Source: Podarcis muralis (lineage: Eukaryota). From it: a stretch of DNA of 64,000 bases. The translations under genes and the position numbers were made by a program. Below, piece by piece: positions 13,301 to 22,402 of the stretch. The stretch covers positions 85,436,001 through 85,500,000 of the forward strand of contig NC_135655.1 in assembly GCF_964188315.1 (NCBI RefSeq), written 5' to 3'. A model generated the notes under the pieces. It did not search any database. It saw only the letters and a program-made list of their open reading frames with translations, and was not told where the DNA came from. Numbering within the stretch: position 1 is the first letter of the stretch; each line of letters starts with the position of its first letter.

Positions 13301-13574
13301 TTTGAGAGAGGAGAAAAATGTTGTGGGGAAATGGACGCAGGAGCAGAAAAGTCAAGCCCATGACAGTGAGGAAGTAAACTTGGAGGTTAGCCATAATGAG
13401 CTCAGGGGGTCGGCCAAGTGGCAGGGTCGCCGTGGGATGCAGGATTGTAGGCAGTGGGAAAAGACCAAGGGCAGAGAACATGGATCTTATATTAAAGTGC
13501 CAAGAGGCCGAGGACGCACCACATTGAACTCAAGGAGAGAGCTGCAGAGCCAAGAGACTGAGGATGGCTCCTAG
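7269..13574 (+). CDS. RNF25: E3 ubiquitin ligase RNF25 (RWD domain plus RING-H2), 514 aa
   Basis: Ten GT-AG exons in consistent phase: 7269-7318, 8367-8441, 8867-8969, 9063-9130, 9895-9964, 10066-10137, 10557-10697, 11922-12011, 12358-12492, 12834-13574 (1545 nt). Motifs LPSEVEVLESIYLDEL, NPRGLSDEQI, RING CVIC..CYHYFH..C..CPVC, GGIIDPEAERNRYFISL and C-terminal EDGS match human RNF25. Confidence 0.96.
11363..11672. mobile_element. Tc1/mariner-superfamily (Tc2/pogo-like) MITE with internal palindromes
   Basis: TIRs CCGTATTTTTC(G/A)CTCTATAAGAC; TA on both flanks (11361-62, 11673-74); perfect 62-bp palindrome at 11466-11527. Confidence 0.85.
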
Positions 13575-13784
13575 CAGGCAGGAGTTGAGGCTTGAGGGGC
13601 TTTTTCTAGGGGTGAACACAGGTGATTTTGTTGTGCTGTCAACCATTGGCCTGGATTGTAAGGAAAAGCAGATCTGTCTTGAAATTCTCCTCTCGGCCAT
13701 GGGCGGTTTATGTCTTGCAGAGTAGGGGTATATTGTCCTCAGAGATCAGAATTACTGTCTGTGGACTGTAGTAAATAACTGAAT

Positions 13785-13790
13785 AATAAA
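13785..13790 (+). terminator. Probable RNF25 polyadenylation signal
   Basis: AATAAA about 210 nt after the RNF25 stop codon. Confidence 0.5.
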
Positions 13791-15499
13791 TGGTAGCCAA
13801 ATGCTATTGCCCATGGGTAAACTGTAGGATCTTACAGTGAATCAGTGCTGTGTAGAGGGCTGTTTGAGGCTGAATCCCTGAACTAAAAGCCAAGCTTGAA
13901 AAATAACTATTAAGTAACCCTGTTCTAAAATAGGTGCTAAAAATAGAAGGACTATAAGGGAGTACAGGTCTCCTTGTTTACTGTCCAGAACTATGGAGAG
14001 GACTTGCCATTAATAGTGTCACTATTTTTAGACATGCCTTATTGATGGTATTGGCATATGTGAAAAGAGTGGACTTGAATCAACATTGACTTGGTGGCTG
14101 TTGACCACAGAGGGTTCTTTAAGCCCCCCAACTGTGGCCAGACTGAATGTTGGAGTCTCCCACTGCCTCATTGTAATTGGCTAATGTTCAGTAGTGATTG
14201 ACCTTGAACTGCAAACATCAAACATGCCTATTCTAAAGAGCCTTTAAATTATAAGAAGTCCAACTCCTTACTCACCCAGTAGTTGGATTTGGAGCTAGTA
14301 TTGGCAACAAAGGCTTCAGCTCCAGGTACACCAAGGCTCTTGTCTTTGCCTGTTTTCACAAATGTGATATCCTGCAATGGTTTACTAACTGTAATCCTGT
14401 CCAGAGTTCACGTGACTTATGTTTTGGGTCTTATCATCTTTGATTCGAGCCAAATTTGGTTTTGTTGGGGTGAGAAGTCTCTCATGCTCAGCTGGCTTTC
14501 CCCTCCTAACCTTATGGCTGTGTGTATGTGCATTCACCCACACACCATTCAAGAACAGCTCTACTCTCCATTTGGGAGGGTAATACCAATGTACCTACCT
14601 ATTTTTAGGCTACACAGTCCCTGTCATCTCCCTCAGCAAAATGCAGCCTTGTCTTCATGGGTATTTCTGCTCAGAGGAGGAGTCTGTAGCAATATGGAGT
14701 ACATGTGGCCACTATGCAAACATTTTGAACAGACTTTCCTCCACTTGTATTTCTATTTTGTCACATATATATGGCCTTCCTCCCCCCACAACAAATTTTA
14801 CCCTAGGCTGTGTGAAAGTTCCCAAGCTGCTTAAATTCCTTATATGTCTGCAAAATGTCCCCCCACCCCTCCCCAAGTGAAGCTTTGCCAGACTTCGTAA
14901 TTTTCCTTTTCTGCTTAGCCACAGTAACATTGTAGATGTGTGACAACTTTACAGAGCACAGTGGCCAAAATGACCTTACAATAGAAGTGTGACTGATTTT
15001 AAACCAGTTCATGCTAGAGGCTAAAGGATGTCATTACTTATTTGCATGCATGCACATATACCAGTTTGAGCAGTTCTGCCTATTAAAAGGATTGATGTGA
15101 GATTGATTTACCTCCCTGCACTGTGGTGAGGTGGAATTTGTGGTGATGTGATGCAAAACAGGAGTATTAAAAGCAATTTGAGTAAACCAATCTATGATTC
15201 TCTTTCGTGGATAAAGAACATAGCTGCTGCTGTGCTGCATGTGATGAGACCATTCAACATTAGAAACCATCTAAAAAGAGGCAGGGAGGTAATAACCTAT
15301 GACCCATGTAGTTTAGCTAAAATGAGGAACCTTTTGATTATAAATGAAAAACAATCGGGTTCTAATCTGGACATCTTTCTGTTGGATTCACATTTTCTTT
15401 TTTTTTCCTTCTTCTTTTTTGTAAACTATTCTTCTAAGGAGAAAGGCTGCTTCATTTTGCACCACTTGAAACTTCTGAACAATAATGAATGGTAGCCTA

Positions 15500-16790
15500 C
15501 ATAGAATATAAAACATGGGTAACACAGTATCTAGATCCTGATTGGATTTTCTGGACAGGGTTATAATACCGTTAAAGAAATTGGAGTTCTTGTTGAAAAT
15601 ACACTGAAATGGATATACAAAGAACTCTGGCCACAAGTTTCAATACAACGAATAGTTCCTACTCGAGAGTTGAAAAGAAAAACGTGTATATTCTGCTAAG
15701 AATAACAGTTTGAAGCTAATAGTAAATTTAAACACAACGTGTGAGTACGATAGTTTTAAGGTAATAGTAAATTTAGATACAACGTTTAATTGCAGAAATA
15801 ATGTAATTTCAAATATGGAGTGATATAGTATAAAGGTACATAAAATACCAGTAAACAACAATTGTTTTATACAAGTCTCAATGGCAGTCAAAAAGAGTCC
15901 ATATTATATAAAATCAGAACAAAGAATAAAGAATCAAATAGGGCCAAAAAGGAGTATCCGGAGTGTGAATCAGATGTACGACTCAGTAGTGGTGACCAGG
16001 ACAGGGCCCTGTTTCGGAGTAAACGCCTTCTTCAGCTGGTAATATCAAATAATATGTCAAAATAGAACAAGATTCTTCAATACCATAGATCATAAATATA
16101 ATAAAGTATATACATACTAAAGTGTATTAACACATATCATGATATTTGGTTCCATACCTCGGTTTTTTGAGGACTATAAATCTGTTGGAAGTCTATATCA
16201 TATAATTCTTTTGTGTTTCTTTTTTGACTTGCGTCTAGAAATAAGAATTTACAAGAGTTATTATTTCCAGTCAAATTATTTGTGAAAAACGGACAACAGA
16301 TGAGTGTTTTCTCACCTTAGATAATTGAATCCAAGTTTTCTTGCGTTTCTCTGTGCGTTTTCTATTAGGGAGTGAGATCATTGTCTTATATGTGTGTCTG
16401 TGGGGGAGGAGGATAGGCTCTCCCTTCTTAAAGGTGTAAACAGAGAAGGGATTTAAAGTCCAAGGTCATCTATAGTGGTTTTTTCAAAGAAAAGAACTGT
16501 AGTCTTGATGTTCATTCAAGCCCTTGGGGGACATCGTTTCAAACAAATGAATATATCGTGCTTCCTGTTGTAACAATAGTCTATCAATATTTCTCCTGGT
16601 ATATTAAATCTACTTTTGGTTTCCAGATAATGAAGAAGACAAAATCCTCCTCCATATGTTTTTGCTGTATATAATGTTCCACCATTGGGGCTTCTAGCAC
16701 TCTATCGGATCCTGATTGTTCTGCCTTCCTTTTTACCAATTGCTCTCGATCCTTTAAGGACTTTAGCCCTCATTTCATAAACCCACCCCA
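15500..16790 (-). mobile_element. Decayed, 5'-truncated Penelope-like retroelement (GIY-YIG endonuclease C-terminus plus 3' UTR/pLTR); boundaries approximate
   Basis: - strand translation EAPMVEHYIQQKH..FFIIWKPK, a frameshift, then NIDRLLLQQEARYIHLFETMSPKGLNEHQDYSSFL* (16591-16484) resembles the Penelope endonuclease C-terminal P.GLN motif. A hammerhead lies downstream on the same strand. Confidence 0.7.
15995..16040 (-). ncRNA. Minimal type I hammerhead ribozyme (Penelope-associated)
   Basis: - strand reads ACCAG CTGAAGA A-GGCG-TTTA-CTCC GAAA CAGGGCCCTG TC CTGGT. It has the CUGANGA and GAAA core, a 5-bp stem I (ACCAG/CTGGT), a short stem II, a palindromic stem III and a GUC cleavage triplet (predicted cut between 16000 and 15999). 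Confidence 0.8.
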
Positions 16791-17272
16791 TTTTCCCCCA
16801 TCATGTCCACATCCAGCAATTTCTTTTATAAAATTTCTGAAGTGCAGGATCTGTTTCTTCCTGAACCTTCCTAGTCTTTCCCATGCTTTCGCCTATTTGT
16901 CTGTGATATATTAGAGTTACTGTCCCACCCTGGGTTAAAACTAATACCTCAAGTATCTTCTCTCTCCACCCCCACCCCCCCAATGTATGAAAGAACAATT
17001 CCCCCTTTCCATGTTTTGCTGTTGTAACATTGGCAAGAAGAGCAAGTGCTGTTTCACACCTGGCTGTTGCTATAAATAGAAGTGGAACCACCCGCCTCAA
17101 GGAGAACACTCAATGGCACTAACAGTACGTCCTAACCCAGCCTGCATGGAGAACCTCATTGTAACCATTAACTCAGATCAAACAGACAGGAATCGTTAGA
17201 GATCTGGCAGTGCTGTTTACGGCATACGTAGCTTACTGCGCGCGCACACATATATATGTGCTTGTTTGTTTT

Positions 17273-17340
17273 TGTTTAGTCGTTTAGTCGTGTCTGACTC
17301 TTCGTGACCCCATGGACCAGAGCACGCCAGGCACTCCTGT
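17273..17340 (-). mobile_element. RTE-BovB LINE 3' end fragment
   Basis: gtttagtcgtttagtcgtgtctgactcttcgtgaccccatggaccagagcacgccaggc resembles the antisense BovB 3' tail as recalled. Confidence 0.55.
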
Positions 17341-17560
17341 GAGCGGTAGTCTTGTAATCTGGGGAACCAGGTTCGAGTCTCCGCTCCTCCACATGCAGCT
17401 GCTGGGTGACCTTGGGCCAGTCACACTTCTCTGAAGTCTCTCAGCCTCACTCACCTCACAGAATGTTTGTTGTGGGGGAGGAAGGGAAAGGAGAATGTTA
17501 GCTGCTTTGAGACTCCTTAAAGGGAGTGAAAGGCGGGATATCAAATCCAAACTCTTCTCT
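17341..17560 (+). mobile_element. CORE/MIR-like SINE remnant
   Basis: B-box-like ggttcgagtc, CORE-like gtgaccttgggccagtcacacttctct..cctcactcacctcacag, and tail aaggcgggatatcaaatcc. Confidence 0.5.
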
Positions 17561-17879
17561 GAGGCCCGGGGCAGGTATGCCTGGCTCCCCCCACTCTACA
17601 AAGGCTTCCTGGTCACCATCTTGAATCATGATGACAGACCAAAACATGACTTTGGCATGACTTCACCCAATTTTTGGTGTGACATGTCCAAACTCACAAA
17701 TTACACTATCTGTTTAAAAATAACAACAACAGGTTCCTAAAAATTCCCAGGCAGTGCCAGGCACCCCCTGCTAATAAAAGTGGGGGAACCATCTTAGTGA
17801 TATTTTATATTAAATCCTGATGGGATTCTGATGCTGATGTACTGGGGATGCTGTGAAAATTATTCTGTGCATGAATGAG

Positions 17880-17960
17880 GAACACTTACCTGTGATTCCT
17901 GCATAGCAGGGGTGGAATAAATGAGCTTTGGAATCCCTTCCAAGTCTACAATTCTACGAT
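17880..17960 (+). mobile_element. CR1 LINE 3' end remnant
   Basis: gatgagc-like ...cccttccaagtctacaattctacgat, typical of the CR1 3' terminus with an ATTCTATG-like tail. Confidence 0.45.
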
Positions 17961-18503
17961 CCCACAATAAACACCCTTTGGAAGCACCCCAAAAGCCCAA
18001 GACGTACGAGAAAACAAATGATTATTTCCCTTTGGCTTTGACACATCAAACAGGGTTTTAAATGCAATAATTCCTACTTGGAAATAATTTATACAGTGGT
18101 ATAAAGAGGCATGACATGGGTCTGGAGATTCTTGCATTTCATTCAATATTGTGAAACAATGTTTTTGTTCAGGAATCACATGAGACGCAACCAGAACTTA
18201 GTACTAAAGTGAGTTACTTAAGCTGCATATATACCTTTAAAGCATATTCTGCTTCTGGGCACTGTCCTTTACTCCTTGCAGAGTTACGATTCCCAGCAAC
18301 CCTTAAAAAAACTGCAGTATCTAGAATTCTTTGACGGAAAGAATGTGCTTTGAATATAAAAGTGTAGTGGATATACTCCAGTGGGAAGGGAAGGGCAGGA
18401 GAGTAGAGTGTGAAGGGATCGTGGTTTATCACCAGCAAGCATAGATTGAAAGGAGTGGATTGAGGCTGTAGGAGAGCAATCAGCTCATAGGCCAAACAAA
18501 CTA

Positions 18504-18769
18504 CAGTGGTACCTCAAGTTAAGTATTTAATTCGTTCCGGAGGTCCATACTTAACCTGAAACTGTTCTTAACCTGAAACACCACTTTAGCTAACGGGGCC
18601 TCCTGCTGCTGCCGCGCCGCCGGAGCACGATTTCTGTTCTCATCCTAGAATCATAGAATTCTATGATCCTGAAGCAAAGTTCTTAACTTGAAGCACTATT
18701 TCTGGGTTAGCGGAGTCTGTAACCTGAAGTGTATGCAACCTGAAGCGTATGTAACCCGAGGTACCATTG
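18504..18769. mobile_element. Tigger-like (TcMar) MITE
   Basis: TIR CAGTGGTACCTC..GAGGTACCATTG; TA on both flanks (18502-03, 18770-71). Confidence 0.85.
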
Positions 18770-19021
18770 TAGAAGCTTTATTCTTTCAAATGGTAACTAC
18801 CTAGACTCAGTACAATCTGTTGGAAGAGACTTTGCCCAAAAAACACACTGTAGAAGGCTCAGTCTAGTGCTGAATGGGGAGCATTTGCTGGCTAAAGGAT
18901 GTGGTGGGGAGGTTGCTGTTCTCAGGAAACTATCCTGACCTTAGTTGACTATCAGGTTATGAGAAAGGGCTAAATCAAGCGATGAAGCATCCCATTTGCC
19001 TTTCTGCATCCATCATCCCAG

Positions 19022-21432
19022 GTTGCTGCAGATCAGATCATCTTCCACGATGGACCAATAGCAAGTGATGACAAAGACAATAAATGTATCTGCAGCATAG
19101 AGCTCCCCGACACTACTTTTCCTTCACATCTGATGATTATCCTGGAAAACGCTTATAAGAACCTGAGTACTATTTATGAAGAAGAAGCGAGCAAGGTAAG
19201 GGGGCACACTTCGGCACATAGTATGCCAAATATTTATTCCCTGCCTTGAATCACTAATGCTGTCTAGTTCTGACTGTTTCCAGCAGCTAAACAATATAAC
19301 ACAACACAATCAGTGACTACAGTATCATATGAGCACTGATCCAGAGCATATTTTCTACAGCGTTTATATTTGCTTACATGTAAGATTGGCTTGTTAAGAA
19401 ATTGAACTGCATCCTTCTCATATTATTTCTTACAAGTCTGGCTGATGAAGAATTGATCAAGATTGGCTGATGAAGCATTGAACGAAACAGATTGGTTATC
19501 CAGAAACTCTGTTCTGGAGATATTTGGTGACAGATTATGTATATATCAAACTTTTGAATTATTCTACCGCGACTGGTGAAGAAGATTTAGAGACTTTGGT
19601 TGTGATTTCTGATCATTTGTATTAGTCTATAAATAGTGTTTAGTGCCATTGTTATTGGCCATCATGCTGTGTTATATTGTTCAGCTTGTCTATATTGCAA
19701 CACAGGGGTCTGTTTACGGATTACTGTTTCCAGCAGCTGGCAACACTACACAGGGGAATGGTACTGGCGGGGGGGGGGGGGCGTGTGTGTGACAGAATGT
19801 GGCTCACAGATCTTTCAAGGCATGTTAACCCTTCCTCCAAAGCACTGTTACTGGATAGCCTTGGTAAAATAGTCCACCACCACCCACTATAAACTAAATT
19901 TGTCAGTCACAGAAGTGCTCCGAGTTCTCCCGTCTCCACAGCCCAATGTTTGTGAAAGTGCAAAGTTGAAGTCTACTCATTGTCTGGATACACCTTCAAA
20001 ACTGAGTGATAAAAGAATGGTTGTTCCAGAGAAAAGGACAAGCATGGAAGCAACAATTGTAATGAAATGGTTGTTCATGATTTGTGGAAATATGTTTTCA
20101 GTATCCTGCTAAGTGTGTGTCCTGCAAATTTCTCTAGGCTATGAAACTCCAGACAGACTTGGCATCATTTAATAGTACCTTGGAGAAATTAACCGCAACA
20201 GTGCGTCAGGTTGAGATGGAAGGTATCAAGGATGAAGAAACTTATCAAGACCTCCTAGAAAAAATTAATCATACGAAGCGATGGGCTCGGGATCTGACTA
20301 ATGCTCTAAGTGCAACTGGTGTGGGCATTACATCTTTAACCGAACAGGTAGGTACAAAATGTTTGGGAGCACAGCAGTTTGAATTGTGCTTGCACATTGT
20401 ACTGAATACACCAAGAGTGGTGCTCCTGTTTGAGAGGATTCAAACCTGCTTTAGAAAGGGCATTTGGGGGGCTGTTTGGGGCTCTTCAAGGAAACTTTTA
20501 AAATATTTCTGTGCAATGCTGAGTACTCCATGGCTAGAGAGCTGCTTCAGGGAGCAGGAAAACATGGGATGAGAACTTTGCCTATTTTAATGTTTACCAC
20601 TAGCATAAAGTCTCAAAAGAGGTTATTCCTTCCTTACCTCTCCCCATTATTATTTTTTAAAAAAACCAGATACTTTCAACATTCCATGGCTCATGGACCT
20701 ACCGTAATTAAGAATGTTGTGAGCAAAGGCAAAAACCTCTGCTCCAAGGCATGTAAGATGGAGCCAAGCATCATTTTCATCAGGGATTTGGGGACTGGTA
20801 GTCCTACTAACTTAGTAGCACTAAGCCCATCCCTGAGCCAAAGGATGCTGTGCCAAGGCTCTTTGAGCACCTGCTGCCACAACCACTATCCTCTTTCCTG
20901 GCCTCAAAGGTGATTTCTTAGCAATTGAGGACAGGGATGTGAGGAGGGAGGCTGTGCAGAACACAAGTGCCTTCAAGCCTTTTGCAAGTGCTTGCACTGA
21001 CTTCTTGCAGAAAGCTTAAGCTCACAAAAGTGCAATCCTTTGGAATTCAAACAGTGAGATATTCATGCATCCCTAAACTTAATGACTAGATGCACCTAAG
21101 TCCTGTTCAAATGTTCTTCAAAAGTGGGTGAGAATAGCACATGGAGGGGAGGGGAGTTGGGGCCATGCACTCACATCTCCATCTACAGCATCCCCACTGC
21201 CCCTCCTCTGACATACACACATTGAATGAGGAGGTCTGGAAGGGGACCTCAGTGGCTGAGCATATCGTAGATCCTCCCTGCAATTGGAAAACCAGTACTA
21301 GCAGGTTTCCTGATCTCAAGGAGGATTCTAAGGGCATTCCCTTAGGCAACATCCACACCATACATTTGAAGCACATGGCTTCCCCCAGAGAATCCTAGGA
21401 AATGTGTTTTGTGAAAGGTACTGGGAACTGTA

Positions 21433-21483
<51 letters not shown>

Positions 21484-22340
21484 TTTATACCCCGCCCATC
21501 TGGCTGAGTTTCCCCAGCCACTCTGGGTGGCTCCCAATCAGTGTTAAAAACAGTACAGCGTTACATATTAAAAACTTCCCTGAACAGGGCTGCCTTAAGA
21601 TGTCTTCTGAATGTCAGGTAATTATTTATCTCTTTGACATCTGATGGGAGGGCGTTCCACAGGGCGGGCGACACTACCGAGAAGGCTCTCTGTCTGGTTC
21701 CCTGTAGCCTCACTTCTCGCAATGAGGGAACCGCCAGAAGGCCCTCGGCGCTGGATCTCAGTGTCCGGGCTGAACGATGGGGGTGGAGATGCTCCTTCAG
21801 GTATACAGGACCGAGGCCGTTTAGGGCTTTAAAGGTCAGCACCAACCCTCTGGGAGGTGTAAACTACAGTTCTCAGGACACTAACTGCCCAATTTCTGGT
21901 TGAAGCCAATTGGGCCTCTGGTTGATCTCAGTGATGGGCTGAGATATAAGGGCTCAGGCAGGCCTTAAGATATCCTGGACCCAAGTTGTTCAGGGTTTTG
22001 AATTTTTGTGAAAACTGCAGGTTCTTTTCACACATAGTACATCTTTATTGTATGATGCTTAGCTGGGGGGTAGGATTTGAGAAATAAAGGCATGCCCCCT
22101 TAGCACCTTTGAGATATTTCCCAGCCATTCAGAAGCCTTGGAGAAGATCCAGCTATTAAGAACAATCAGTCAGTGTCTCTGGGTCATAGAATTATAGAGT
22201 TGGAAGGGACCGCAAAAGTCATTTAGTCCAACTTCCTGCAATGCAGGATCTTTTTGCCCAATGTGGGGCTTGAACTCATGTCCCAGAGATTAAGAGTCTC
22301 ATGCTCAATCCATACAATAACAAGAGAGGTAATTGGTTAC

Positions 22341-22402
<62 letters not shown>

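Noticed and set aside
14283-14834. 183-aa ORF downstream of RNF25
   Set aside because: Non-ATG start, no recognisable domain or codon signal; only a sub-segment is kept as a weak first-exon candidate for the OLFM4-like gene.
16987-17079. 30-aa cysteine-rich ORF MKEQFPLSMFCCCNIGKKSKCCFTPGCCYK
   Set aside because: No signal peptide or supporting splice context; TG-rich sequence easily yields Cys codons.
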